A stretch of 64,000 nucleotides of DNA from Amoebidium appalachense (lineage: Eukaryota > Protista > Ichthyosporea): NCBI GenBank assembly GCA_963693365.1, contig CAVNZM010000013.1, positions 8,370,940-8,434,939 on the forward strand, in the 5' to 3' direction. Position 1 is the first letter of the stretch, and each line of letters starts with the position of its first letter. Below are positions 1 to 23,588 of this stretch, in pieces. The position numbers and the translations under genes are program-made. The notes under the pieces were generated by a model. That model ran no database searches and was not told the DNA's origin. It saw nothing but the letters and a program-made list of their open reading frames with translations.

Positions 1-151
1 GTGGTCATGGCACCACCCGCAACGACTTGTGTGTACTGCAAGCCTGCAACCCAATCGACTCTGCCGTGGGGCCGGGGGTTGTTATACACTGTGATAACCA
101 CACAGGCGCTGCCGTTGTACAACAAGGGATTGCGCAAACCCGCTCGATTTC

Positions 152-159
152 TGACGTCA
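152..159. promoter_or_regulatory. CRE palindrome TGACGTCA upstream of the first SAND-like gene
   Basis: Exact 8-mer about 320 bp before the ATG at 478. Function is untested. Confidence 0.3.
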
Positions 160-477
160 CGTGTGTTCCTTTGCCAACCGTTCGCCTGCCCGTGAGTCAT
201 GATCACGCACAGGTTGTGGGCGCATGCAGTAGGCTACTTAGCAATTTTGACATGACAAACAGCTGCACGGAGACAACACTGCCATGAAATATTGTTTCGT
301 TAGTTGTCACTCCACTCCGAGGCCTCCTCTTGTGCCTTGCTTTTGTTTTTTTTCACGAGTTGCTTACCACGAACACCACGTCTCGCTATCCCACCGACCT
401 CCTTACCACCTACCCGCCTGTTCCTTACCCAATCACACACCCGAGTCCCCGCCTCCGTTCAAGGACATCAAATCACC

Positions 478-1506
478 ATGTCAGTTTCGTATTCCCGCCC
501 CACCCTCCCACCCATTCGATTTCTGAAAGGGCACACACAAGCAGACACACACACTGGCGGTAGCCTGGACTCTCTCCTGTGGCCCGTCATTCACGAACTA
601 CACGACGCACCTGCAGACACGTGCCCTGTTGCTTACGCCTGGTTGGAGTGGTGCGAGCCTACAGTGCCAGACGACGGCCTTCGAAGAACCTTGTTTCCCC
701 GTGTTAGCCTGCACCATCCTGATGGCTCCTTTGAAAAGTGGGACGGGCCGAGCCATTTTGCAACTAAAGTGTTAAAGGACGCTGGGAAGAAGTGGAAGTC
801 CTCGCTGAAGGTGGTGCCGACAAGTACAGGGGCTGACGGGCAGGTGGTCTATCAGCTTCCGCGAAAAGGTGCGAGCAGAAAGGAGCTGCAGGACTATGTG
901 GGCAAACTGCCGCGTGTGGTGGAACAGGCAGAGAGGCTGGGCTTTGACGTCGGCACGTTCAAGGCGGGGCCTGAGGGAGAGAAGACTACAAAGGAGAAGG
1001 AGGCAAAGAAACGAAAAAGCGAGAGCTCTGTTGTGGACGGGGAGAAGAGGATAAAGTTGCGGGTGAGGCAGAGGTATGGGGAGGGGCGAAAGGAATCGGA
1101 AGCATCGACAGATGATGAGTGGAACAGGTCAGAGGACAATCCAGCGGGCTCTAGAAAGTTCGGGGCGAGCAAGGGGAAGAAGGCTGAATTAAGCAGTGAA
1201 AGTCGAATTGTGCAAAAGGAAGGGGGGGAGGGAGAGCTCGGGTCGCTGGTGGAAGTATTTTTGGGGAAACTGAAGGAGGCGGGGGAGTTGGCAGCACAGT
1301 TGCTTGAACGTGAGGCAGGGCTGAGAGAAAAGTGCGAGGAAGAGATGAGAAAGAACGAGATACTGCTGGAGAGGGTGAGGGAGGAGAGGATGCAGAGGGA
1401 GGTACTGGCCAGGGAGGTGAGGGAGGAGAAGGAGAGGTCGGAGGGTTTGAGGCTGGAAAACGAGCAATTGAAAGAGAAGGTTAGACTGGCTAATGGTGTG
1501 CCTTAG
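478..1506 (+). CDS. Intronless protein (~342 aa) with SAND-like motif, basic NLS-like segment and C-terminal coiled coil
   Basis: Long non-repetitive ORF; first ATG at 478 (the ORF-track start at 304 is TTG). It contains W-x-x-P-x-x-F...KKWKSSLKV, resembling the SAND consensus W.TP.EFE...K.WK.SIR, followed by KKRK and an E/R/K-rich heptad C-terminus. Confidence 0.7.
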   Translation: MSVSYSRPTLPPIRFLKGHTQADTHTGGSLDSLLWPVIHELHDAPADTCPVAYAWLEWCEPTVPDDGLRRTLFPRVSLHHPDGSFEKWDGPSHFATKVLKDAGKKWKSSLKVVPTSTGADGQVVYQLPRKGASRKELQDYVGKLPRVVEQAERLGFDVGTFKAGPEGEKTTKEKEAKKRKSESSVVDGEKRIKLRVRQRYGEGRKESEASTDDEWNRSEDNPAGSRKFGASKGKKAELSSESRIVQKEGGEGELGSLVEVFLGKLKEAGELAAQLLEREAGLREKCEEEMRKNEILLERVREERMQREVLAREVREEKERSEGLRLENEQLKEKVRLANGVP

Positions 1507-2473
1507 TAATGTTATCGTTAAACGCCATGGTGGATGTAGTCCAAGACCTGCTTGTGGTGTATGATTGCTTTATGGGAAACTGGGGTACATACACTTTGGT
1601 GAGGCAACACGTTGGTTTATTGGTAGTTTCGGTCTCTTGTGAAGTCTTGTATGGCATACCGGCCTTGGCAATGCCCACACTTCAACGAGAGGAGAACAGG
1701 GTTGCCACGAATGAAATGAACCCTTATATTATCGATTGCTGCAGTTGAGCCTCCGTCATTGCCTTGTGCATGTACGCAGAGATTGATATTTGTTGTTCGA
1801 AGATAAATGGGTCCCAAATGTACATGTCTATCTATTACTGAAGTGTTAGATACCTATAGACTGACTATGATTACAGTATATAAGGGGTATGTTCAAGTTT
1901 TGCGTCGGCAAGTACGTGTCGACAATTCGAAACACAAGTAATTCGTATTCGGTAACCGGTTGTCTTGAGTGAAATGCTCATTTGTATTGAACTGGGTGCT
2001 GGTGGTGGTGGTGTGTGTGGGGCCGGGAGGAGGGGGGGATGATTTTCTTGCGATTGAGAGCACCGACATCGACGTATGGGGAACGAGGTTTGAGGATCTT
2101 AATCGGTTGTCTGTGCACATGTATGTAGGCGCCAGCTGTGTACACACACATAATGCAAATATATAGGCACTTGGGTGGTCACAGTGGTGGTGGTGTGGTT
2201 TTTTTTTTTTTTGGTGGTGGGGGGGGGGGGGGGGGGGGGGGGGGGAGGCGGGGGGACATATGAGGAGCACAAATCGAAATCGTCAGAGACTGGTCACCCA
2301 ACAATGAGGTCGGTCGAATCTCAAATTCACAGTGGACACCCCCCTCTCCCCCCCTTCCCCCCACCCACCCACCCACCCACAAAAAAAAAAAAAAAAAAAA
2401 AAAAAAGCCTAGGAAATAACTCAAGTTTTATTTTATTTTATTCTATTTTTTATTTTTATTTTTATTTTTATTT

Positions 2474-2512
<39 letters not shown>

Positions 2513-3593
2513 TAACCTGCAATCTGCACAAACGCAGATCCCCACTGACACATACACACAAGAGATCTATAGAGAGAGAGGGCTCAGCTGCAGGAACCTA
2601 TCCCCACAACATACACACACAGAGAGAGAGAGAGAGATAGCATGAGAGGGCTCGGCTTCAGGAACCTTTTCATTGTCACGTACCTGAGTACGTACAGCAC
2701 ACTGCTACATGTACACAAACTTTGTCAAAACCCATTCTGCGGGCCAAAAGTGGAGCCACTTGAAACTCGTTCCATTTTGCGCCCATCGATCAGGCAGATT
2801 TCGCTAGAAGGCAAAAGAATTCGCTTTTCGAATTCACTATGATTTTTTACTTTAATTTCAAATTTTTAAACCGGGATATTCTAACTTGCACGTGTTGCTG
2901 ACAAGAAAACCGCTCTATAGCGCCATAAACGCTTACGACAACCATAATGTCAGCTCGAGAGAATCACGGTTATCTCCGTATGCCTAAAAAAGGAGATTGC
3001 ACCATACGACAGACCTTCAGAGCGGCATGCGCACGTGGCGCCGCTGGTGGTTTAATTGAGTTTTGTGAAGCGGCAAAATGCGCTTACCGGAGCCTCGGTA
3101 GAATTTAGCTCTCCGCTTCAGGTCGAAGGCCTAGGTGGCCCCTGGGTTAAGGCCTGGAGGTGGTGATAGTGTATATAAAGGCGAGGGCCGGGGAGGAGGG
3201 GGGGGGGGGGGGGGGGGAGGAATATAACTACACCATGGGAGACTTCAGTTTTCAACACACAGCTGTATAATGCAACTTGTGGTCGAAGGCCGTCGCCCGT
3301 ATATAGGTACGAGGCACCACGCAGGTATTTCTTGTGAAAAATGTCGCTGACATCGTCCAGGATATCATGATGTGCCAATCTCGAAACCAATTGAATTCTT
3401 CGCAAAATGCATATGCATACGAAGAATTCTTCGCAAAATGCATAGTATTACGAGACATATGTATATATAACCGTAGCTAAGTAGCTATGTATGTACAGGA
3501 GACCTTTCAGTACTAGTATTAGTACTGAAAGGCGATATGCGACAAGAAAACATGCGTCTATACCAGTAGTACTAGTTCCGACTGACACATTCT

Positions 3594-3640
<47 letters not shown>

Positions 3641-4156
3641 TTGGGATGGTGTGCTATGTTTAACTGCTTTCTACCAAACTTTAATCTAGGTTGAAGAGAA
3701 AGCTTAAATTCGCCATTCGTTGGTCACACCCCCCCCCCCCCCCCCCCTCCCCTCCCCCTGCCGCCCGCCCTTCGCGTCTCAGCCTCCCTCCCCAAAATTC
3801 CTAAAAAGAAAAAAAAAAGAAGAAACTTTAAGAAAGAAAGAAAAAGAATAATACGGAAAATAGCATGATTTTTATGGGGAACACTCCCCCCCCCCCCCCC
3901 CCCCTCCCCCCCCCCCACACACACACACACCTCCCCCCTCCCCCCCCCCCCCCCCCCCCCCCCCCCAAAAAAAAAGGTAGAAAACTAAATGACGAATGGA
4001 ATGCTTCATTGATGCTGAAACTTTCGACAACCTTCATAATCCCAACTTGCAGATACCCGTACTGGCAGACCACACCACATTTCATGCTCACAAAAAGACC
4101 ACGAATTCAAGTGAAAGGAAACCAAAAACATTCATTGCTCATAATGTAAGTCCCCT

Positions 4157-4250
<94 letters not shown>

Positions 4251-4484
4251 CACTGTGTGCGTGTGTATGTGTGTGTGGCCACGTGCACGTACGTGTGTGT
4301 GTGCTCGCGCGCATAAGCGCACTCGTGCAGGCGTGCGCATGTGTCCTTGCGCGTGTGATGTGTGTGTGTGCATGTGTCTGTTGGGGTATATGCGTGGATG
4401 CGAAACCCAAGGAATGTCTGCTTGTTGTACGCAGACACAGTTGGAAATCTGACCGTACGTTCACTCACATTCGAAACACAGCGA

Positions 4485-6679
4485 CTAACCGTCATCTGCC
4501 AGTGATTCCATAATCGAACCCAAACGATACCACTCTCCCATCTTTTCAACCCTTTGCTCCAGTTTTGCGTTTTTCTCAGCCAAATTCCGGTTTTTGACCT
4601 CCAGTTCCTCCTTTTCCGTCTTCAGTTGCTCCAGCTCTGCCTTCAATTGCTCCCTCTCCCTCACTCCTCGCTCTTGCAGTTCTATCAACTCCCTTTGCCT
4701 CTGCTCCCATGCCTGTTTTCCCGCCCTCAATCCTTCATTCTCCCCCCTTAGCAACGCATTCTGTCCGTCTCTCTCCTTCAACTCTCCCTCCACCCCCTCC
4801 TTTTCCTGTGCCACCAATATCAGCTGCTCCCTCATTTCCTGGAATATCAGCTGCTCCCTCATTTCCTGGTGCCCCGCCTTCCTCAGTGCCAGCTCCTCTT
4901 TCGTTTTTTTCCATTCCCTGTCCGTATAATCCGCAAAATCCATAATCCGATTCAACTGCATTTTCTGTGCGCGCCAATACGATACCTCCCCGGTCCCGTC
5001 CGTGTGTGCCGGTTCACCAAACTCCCCCCCCTCCATTCTCTCCCTCTGCCAGCCTTCCCATGCCTCCCTGTCATGAAGCATCCCCCCCACCATCACTTCC
5101 TGCTGCCCCTCGTACATTTCATACCCGAACCCCTCCTTGTTTTCATAATTCACATTTCCCCCCGTGTCCATTTGTACCCCCTCTCCCTCCTTTACTTCTC
5201 TCTTCCTCCTCTGTATATTCAAACCGTGCCCCTCCAAAGTATCCACCTCACTCTCGTCACCCTCGTTATTGTCCTCCCATTCGCCCACTTCCACCCCCTC
5301 TGCCCCCACCGCCCCTTCCGCATCCACCTGTTGCATCCTATCCTCGTTTAAGTCCGTCTTCGCTTCTGTAAGTCCGTTTATGTTCCCCTCTTTTTCGTTG
5401 TCTGTTCTGATAATAGTATTGGGCGGCCAGTTTGTGGCCTGGATTTCATGCTCTCCCTCGCTCTTCCATTCGTTTCTGTTTCCCTGGTTTTCGTTCTCTC
5501 TTCCACTAGCAGGATGGGGGGCGGTTTTGTGGCTTCGTTTTCGTGATTTTCTTCAAACTTGTGTCCGTTTCTGTTCCCCGCATTTTCGTTCTCTGTTTTG
5601 CTGGTGGGTTTGGGGTGCGTGTTTGCGACCTCGTTTTCGTGTTTTTCCTCGATCATGTTCCCCTGGTTTCCGTGTTTTTCCTCGGTCATGGTAACCTCGT
5701 TTTCGTAATTTTCCTCGCTCATGTTCCACTCGTTTTCGTCGTCTGTTCTACTAGTGATATTGGGGTGCGTGTTTGTGGCCTCGTTTTCATTGTTTTCCTC
5801 GCTCTTGAGTCTTTTCCTTGCTTGTGTCTCGTCTGCCCCGTCCTTTGACTTGTCCAAATTCTTCCGTTTCCTCCTTGTTGGCAGTTGTACGGGTGTTGGT
5901 TCCACACCAGTCAGTTTGGACCACCGCCGACCCCTGCGTTGTTGTGGGTGGACCTCCACCGCAGTCCCCGCCTGTGCTTGTGTGCTTCCCCCCTGTGTCT
6001 GTTGAGCGGTGAAACCAGGGAAGCCAGTTGGAGCAATAACCAGGTGCCCGAGTCTGAAAGTAGGCACGGGTGCAGAGTGACAGGCAGGTGCTGTGGGGGG
6101 TTGGGTCGTGGAGGTGGGCTCTGTGTGCTTCGCAGGGGCTGGCTTCCGTGCCCTCCTCTTTAGTTGGATGTTGAACGCCTTGATGACATCAAAGAGGGGC
6201 TGGGGCAGCTCCACCCCCGAAGCCAGCACGTGTGTAGTGATGAGGCCACCCTCCCCGTCCACGCCAAACCCCTGCACCTTCGTCTTGGGCTTCCAGGCCC
6301 CCTCGGATCCAAGGTTCTCCAAAAACTCGCCCGGGTGCACCCACTCTACCGCCCCCTCTCCCGTGTGTTTCGACATGGTAATCTCGTACTCTGGTGTCGA
6401 GTCGGTGTTTGATTCCGCCCTGTCTTCGTCTGTGTGTGGCGTCAGTCTCAGCCACCCCCACACCGTGTGTCTGTGTCCGCGTGCAGTGAACTCTAAGGTA
6501 GCGGCAAATAGGCCCAAGTGGGGTAGCACCTCGACGTGTGGTCTGTCCTTGCGAGGGATGGACGAGAGGGGGGGCAGAGTGTCTTCGGTGTACGTGTGCC
6601 CATCGTGGGCACTTGCGTTTGGCGTGTTCTCACCGTCCCCCGGGGGTTGTTTAAGCGAGTCTGCCTTCTTCCGAGTCAT
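4485..6679 (-). CDS. Intronless paralogue-like protein (SAND-like motif, ENE..T..P repeats, coiled coil), split by a single 1-bp frameshift at a G6 run (5516-5521)
   Basis: ORFs 5378..6703 and 4485..5336 join into one frame if one base is added at the homopolymer, which restores the internal repeat (ENEATKPPP-HPASGRENENQ vs ENEATNTHPNITSRTDDENE). First ATG at 6679. Motif EWVHPGEFLENLGSEGAWKPKTKV. A 27-bp in-frame duplication gives QEMREQLI twice. Confidence 0.65.
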
Positions 6680-6864
6680 GTCTGCGGTTAAGAAGTCATT
6701 CAAAAAAGTGTGGGCGCTTGAAAAGGTGGGTCTAGTGAAAAACGAGGGAAGACTATGCCGTGGCCATGGTGATGCATTGCATGACTACACCTGTCAACAT
6801 AACTTTGTGAAAGGCAATTAAAGGGGGAAATTTGCTGCCAGTAGCGCAGACTTGGGGCCTAAGA

Positions 6865-6872
6865 TGACGTCA
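6865..6872. promoter_or_regulatory. CRE palindrome TGACGTCA in the ~600-bp divergent promoter between the second SAND-like gene and LSm5
   Basis: Exact 8-mer between the ATGs at 6679 (-) and 7284 (+). Confidence 0.3.
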
Positions 6873-7283
6873 GAGTGTTCCTCGATTATATATTGTGTGC
6901 CGATCTAATGGAGGAAAAGAAATGAAGGTATCATAGTGGGTTGATCATGAATCCACTTGGTGTGTACTATACACAACTGCTTTGATTGCATACAAAAAAT
7001 TCGAAAAACGGAATATATAACTTTCTATTTTAATAATTTTCTTTTTCCTTTTCCACTGCGCTATTTTACGTTCTAGGCCATTATATCCTAGCAAGCTACA
7101 TATGGGCAATGCAGAACCACCTCGACCTCGTGTTTATCGTGAAAATGATGGTTCACATCAAATTACTAACTCCTCTTCTAAGGGTTCACTGCCGTAGACT
7201 ACACACTCACAATACACGGCCAGTCTACGAGACTACACCAATATAGCCTGCTGTGTTTTTGCCCACTGAGAGGGAACTGAAAA

Positions 7284-11985
<4,702 letters not shown>

Positions 11986-12597
11986 CCTTGTTTGGCGCAA
12001 GACCTCTTGGCCAATGAGATCTCTTCGAAGAGTGGATCGTCTGGTGGCTTAATTAAGGCATCAACAGGGTGGACGGTTCCATGCCGACTGCAAAACTACA
12101 AGATGACATTTGGCCAATCAAATCGGGAGGGGGGGGTAGGGGGGGGGGGGGGTAGGGGGGTAGATGAGTTGCCACACGGTGCGTTGGCATAGATTGGCAT
12201 GACATGATATTTGTAGAGCTGGTGTTTGATTGGATCGTTAAGACTAAGGCTAGCCTTTTTTGGTTCGGGGATTGTCGAAAAATCGCAAGCTCTGTGGGAT
12301 ATCCGTGAATGGTGATCTGCTGATTGCTGCTGATTGGCTTCGTTTTTTTGCCCGTCATTTTTCGTCGTTTGCACAACGTGAAATGCAATATTCCTCATTA
12401 GAGCTGCTTGTTTTTGAGAACCTATTGGGGAAAGTGGAAGCACAGGGACGGCTATGTTACAGGACCGTTTATGTACGCAAGCATGTTTGAGAACCAACAT
12501 AAAGCTCATACACGCACTTGTGTGCTTCCCAAGTACATGTTTTTTCTTGAAACTCGGTCAACTGCTGTGATGCGTTCCCTGACAAACTGTGTGTGTG

Positions 12598-12658
<61 letters not shown>

Positions 12659-12832
12659 CTGTGCGTGTGCGTGTGTGTGTCTTCGCAAAATAACAGGACG
12701 TGACATGTGTGTTATGATGTTATTATCATGAATTATATGCCTCTGCCTCACACTGTGCGCTGGGTTCAGCTTGGCCAAGTACCGGTTCTGTGCCACCACA
12801 ATGCTAATGCCATGCACGAAGACAATGTGCAC

Positions 12833-12880
<48 letters not shown>

Positions 12881-13281
12881 GAAAAAAAAAAAAAAAAAAA
12901 AAAGTTTGGAGAATATACATCGTCTTTATTCTTATTCTTCGGATCGTCTTATGCCGGACACCTTATGTCGTGTTGGAAATATATACAAAGGCAATTGCAG
13001 TTATAAGAAATCAGTAGGTTTGCCAGTTGAAATTTAAGGTGGTGTCCATTTCACATATATATGCATACACTTTCGTACCAGTATCATTATTACACTGTCT
13101 ATACAACTAAATTCGATAGGTTTACCATGTAAGCAAATGTGCACATTAGGATATTCAATCTATTAGGTTTACAAGAAGATAATCGCGTTCAAAACAAATT
13201 TCGTAAGTGTATCATAAGTAATCACATTTCTGCAGGAGTATGGCTCCTGTTCCGTATATATATCTCGTTGGAAATATCTAA

Positions 13282-18588
<5,307 letters not shown>

Positions 18589-19147
18589 GTTTGATGCACA
18601 CACCAGGCAAATAGATGGTTTTTTGTACAACCCTGTAGCTATATGGTGAGTGGTCCGCCTACAAGCCTCTACATTATATTGCCAATGTGAAGGTCACGGC
18701 GAAGCACTGAGCCAGTGCTACGGTCCAAGATCGTTTGCGTAAAGCAAGGATCGTTTAGATATTCTGATTAGAAGAATAAATCTAGGCGCCAAATTTATCC
18801 AATAAGAGAGCGCTACCCATAACCGTGGCGCAACCGTCGTGACAGCACCACTGGTGGTGACCGGTCTACATAAGGTCACCACGATTACCGAGTCCGTTTT
18901 TGAGGATACATTCATGTCAAGGAAATTTTATTATTAATCAGCGTCTTTCACAGTGTACACCTGTTCATAGCCCCTATAGGCCCACATAAGCATTTTTGGA
19001 GAGGATGATGACGATGCAACATCGAGGGGGGCCTCAGCGGACACAAGTCACACAACACCACCCGAAAAGGAGCTTGTACAACTCACGTGCAAGGGCTACC
19101 ACGTTACATGCGTGTGCAATCACACATGCACACACACACTCATACTC

Positions 19148-19249
<102 letters not shown>

Positions 19250-19780
19250 CACAGACGCATACGTACACACACTGTCATACAAACGCACGCAGACACTCAC
19301 GCACACGTGCGTGTACACACACAAACACACACGCGCACACGCACAGACGCACACACGCATGCACACACGCATGCACACACACGCGCGCGCACACGCACCC
19401 ACACACGCAGTGTCACACACACACACACAAGCACGCACACACACGCACACGCACACACGCACACACGCACGCACACACACACACACAGTGTCACACACAC
19501 AGACACACAGACACGCACACAAACACAAACATACATGTACACACACAAGACGCCAAGTGAAAAGAACAAGTACAAGGTAAGGTAACAATTATGCATGTGC
19601 ATGTGTAGCCGGAAGATTCGGTGCAAAGCTGATCCCCCCTCCCCCCCCTTTCCCCCAGCCGCCGGCGGCCGGCCGGGCCCCCCCTAGCCTCCCGGAAGCC
19701 CCCCTCCCCTTCCCTCCCCCGGGCATGGCTCCCCCTCCCCTTCCCCCTTCCCCCTCCACCCCCCCCCCCCCTCCACCCCC

Positions 19781-19816
<36 letters not shown>

Positions 19817-20832
19817 AAAAAAATAAAATATATATATATATATATATAAAGGAAAGGAAAAAAAACATGCATGCCATGTGCAAACAACCGTGCAAATTTG
19901 CTGAAGGCTTGATGATCGAGCTGCCCCCTATGGCCAGCTCCCATGGCCCCAATCACGACTTATCTCCTCATCTCACTGATTGATCATCGATATCATTACT
20001 TCTCATGGTGTTGATGATGCGCGGTGCAGGTTAGAACATCAATCGCAACCAAAGTGCTCTGCAAAATAGCCGGACTACAAAGTTTCTGGGTATACACTGC
20101 CGGAGAAAAAGCCTTGCATGCTGTAAGAAAACGGGGGAAAGAAAAGAAAAGGCGTGACGAGACAACATGCACATGCCAAGTTGCCAACGTACAAACACAT
20201 TATTACACATACCAAAGGATTTTAAGCGTTGCCTTATATGGTTTATGTGGCTCAGTAGGCGAATAATGTTTGCATGATTATAAATACCTTGCAGATCACT
20301 TTTAAGTTTTGAATTAGTGAACGAATCAGATACGTTTTTCAAATTGAACTACAGCTTATACTCAGGATTAAAGTTCAAAAAGATTATTGAATTTCATTGG
20401 TTTGCTTTTACTCGCTTTAGCCAATCACACCCGGCTACCAAGATCGCGATGGCAGCACACACGCTGGGTGTTGGCCTACAGGAAGCGAAAACGTTGTAGC
20501 TGTTGAAAAAAAAACAATAATTGCCCAGTATTTCTACGTGCACTGTATAGCATAGCACATCACAGTATTCGGTCATACCGCATTGGACCGATTAGTATTT
20601 AGCATTTGCAGACACCTGTTTGGATGTGTCGGACCACAAGGCCGAGCCAAAGGCCACACACCTTTTTTGCTTTCATTATTGTGTTTTCTTCATAGCAGTT
20701 TTTCGTATCTGCTGACAGAGGCGCAGGACCTTCAGCAAAGAAAGCCTGCAAAGGCCCAGTACCATGGCAATACACAGTATGAAGTAGTTTAGGGGCAAAA
20801 CTGTGAAGGTGGGCTAGCTGCTTGAGAGCATC

Positions 20833-21978
20833 ATGCTTTCTTTTAGACTGGAGAGCATAACTTTAAGGCTCAGCACGCGCTTCATCCTCCCTCTTCTGTT
20901 ACTCGTTTCTGCTGTATCTTTCCTTATATGGTCACCGTCCTTATTTAGCTACACATCCACGTCGTCCCTGTTGCTTCGGTTCGACCAAAAACCTTCGTCC
21001 TATCAGTTTTCTTCCTACCCGCCTGGCATCTCGAGTCTGGCCGAGGAGATACGAAGGGCAACGGCAGAACATGAGAAACTTTTCTTACCGACCACCCTAC
21101 CCAGCGGTTATAGTGGGCTGGAGGGAGACTGTGACGTCAGTAATGCCCAAAGAAGCAAACCACTGTTTGCAGTTGGGGTGTTGAGTTCTGGGGCACCCCA
21201 GGCACGGTTCCGTCGAGATGCCTTCAGAATGTTCTGGAACAGGTGGCCGGAGACGGAAAGAGAAAGGGTGGTGTTGCGGTTCTTTCTTGCTCTCAGAGAC
21301 TCGCAGGCGGAAATGGAGCTGTTGGAGGAGGAGGCGAGTGAGTACGGGGACATCATAGTCGTGGGCCATAGGGATGACTACAACAACATTACAATGAAGT
21401 CTATCGCAGTCTATGCATGGGGTGGGGACTTTTGTGGGGCCGATTACGTAGTAAAGACCGATGACGATACCTTCATCCACCTTCCGAAAATCCGACAAAA
21501 TCTAACCATGTATCCCCCTTTTAATATCTATGCCGGGAGGTATATCACCGCATACAAACCCATCCGCAAAAGGCCGAACAGCAAGTGGATGATGACGCGT
21601 GACGAATATCCATTCGACAAAAACGCAGGTTATATTGTCGGGGGACTTGTTGCAATGTCCAATAATTTGGCGCGACGAGTGGGGTCCATACGGAAAATTC
21701 CAAATTACAACTGGCATGTGTGGGAGGACGTTGCTACGGGTGATGCCGTTGCCCCCATGCAGCCAAACATAGTGCAGCTGCCAGTGAGTTTTGGCCGCCT
21801 GCGGCTATGCAAAGACGAGGCATATGCACATTTTGACGTCACACCGGAAATTTTGGACAAACTACAGGATAACGCGCTAACGGGCAAGCCCCTGTGCGAA
21901 GATGTAAGACCTCCGCTAGATGAAACGGTGGCGACCGGGGCTGTCGTTGTTGAAAAAGGGGATGTAGTGCCATCTTAG
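20833..21978 (+). CDS. GT31 family beta-1,3-galactosyltransferase-like protein (Galactosyl_T), type-II membrane, intronless, 381 aa
   Basis: N-terminal TM followed by the motifs RRDAFR..W, E..EYGDI, DDYNNITMKS, YVVKTDDDTFI (DxD), YIVGG and WEDVATG. Confidence 0.92.
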   Translation: MLSFRLESITLRLSTRFILPLLLLVSAVSFLIWSPSLFSYTSTSSLLLRFDQKPSSYQFSSYPPGISSLAEEIRRATAEHEKLFLPTTLPSGYSGLEGDCDVSNAQRSKPLFAVGVLSSGAPQARFRRDAFRMFWNRWPETERERVVLRFFLALRDSQAEMELLEEEASEYGDIIVVGHRDDYNNITMKSIAVYAWGGDFCGADYVVKTDDDTFIHLPKIRQNLTMYPPFNIYAGRYITAYKPIRKRPNSKWMMTRDEYPFDKNAGYIVGGLVAMSNNLARRVGSIRKIPNYNWHVWEDVATGDAVAPMQPNIVQLPVSFGRLRLCKDEAYAHFDVTPEILDKLQDNALTGKPLCEDVRPPLDETVATGAVVVEKGDVVPS

Positions 21979-22538
21979 GTAACTTGCAGCAAGATTATTT
22001 TGCTCATGATTTCACCTATTTTACCAGTTTTTCTTTTCGTAATGGCGTGTTACTCTCTGTCCAGGATTCTCGTCTCTGGTGTATAGTCAGAATTATGCGA
22101 ATGACAACCAAATGTTGAATGCTGGCATTTCAAATTATACAATAGAGGTTTAATGGAACCTTTGGCATAATCATTGAGAGGACCTCGTATGAAATACAAA
22201 AATGTGAAAACGTTCGCTTCCCCCCCCCCCCCCCCCCCCCCCCCCTTCCTCTCCTCCTTCCCCTCCCATTTTCTCTGCACACTCAACAGGTCTTAACCAG
22301 CTCTGCACATCGTTAGTCACAATCTTCTCACATATATGAGAGAATGATCGTATTGGTACGATTTGTCTAATATCTGACGATTCTGCAGCATCCCTAAGAC
22401 CCCCCCCCTCCCCCCCCCCCCCCCCCCCACCTTCTCTCTCTCTCTCTCCCTCCCTCTCTCCCTCCCTCCCTCCCTCCCTCCCTCCCTCCCTCCCTCCCTC
22501 CCTCCCTCCCTCCCTCCCTCCCTCCCTCCCCCTCTCTC

Positions 22539-22625
<87 letters not shown>

Positions 22626-23537
22626 TTTTTTTTTTTTTTTTTGGCGCCTGTTGTTTTGCTTGTCATTTGTTATTCTGGTTAATTACCTGTAATCTTCGCT
22701 TATTTATGTGTGTGTGTGTGTGTGTGTGTATGTTGGGTGGGGTTGCACATACCGGTGTCTACTTTTCTTCTCACTGTTTTTCTCTCCACACACTTCATCT
22801 GTCCACTTCTGCATACCCCCTTTCATAGCTATAGACACACTTCACACATTGCGTTACGCGCACGCATGCACACACCGCTATGTTGGCGACAGCTCCCTTG
22901 GAACCCATGCGGCATGTTACCCGCCGGCGTAACATAACTCGGACTATTGGTTTGGCTTTTTTCAAGCCCAAAGCAATGGGTGATACCATATTTCCGGCTG
23001 ACATCCGGGGGCATAGCTTTCCGTTCGAAGACGATAAAGTTCCGCCCTAGTAAGCGTATTACTACCCTGCGGCGTGGGTCAAATCTCATATTTTCCCCTC
23101 TGATTGCGAATTCTGCGGCCTTCGGGACTTAATTCTTTTCAGTTGGTGTAGTATGTTAGCCAGGGAAGTATCGACTTAGGTATCGACGGGGGAGCTTCCT
23201 AGAAGCCCCGTCTCCTGAGTTCCTATCTATAATTTTCTTGCTTCTGCTTACTGCTGCAACTTTAACCCCCGGCCTTTCCCACTGCCCTTGCCTGCATAAG
23301 CAACCCTGCTCGCCTCTGATCAAGACGGGTGACCTACTAATGTTCAAGTGAAACAGTATCTGAGTTGGGTTTCGTTAACGAGGGAAATAGGTCGAAACTC
23401 GGGTACTGTGGATGACGTGGCCCCCCCCTGAGGATGGGCTCTGCTTATTATGCATACTCTTTATGTATGGCTTGCATTCTGCATCGTGTTATCCGTTTGT
23501 TCTTGTACATGTGTACTTCGTACTTTTTGACGCATTC

Positions 23538-23588
<51 letters not shown>

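Noticed and set aside
2700-3450. Non-repetitive intergenic stretch with short repeats (GGTCGAAGGCC x2, GAATTCTTCGCAAAATGCATA x2) as a possible ncRNA or transposon
   Set aside because: No tRNA/snRNA motifs, TIR pair or ORF could be supported by eye.
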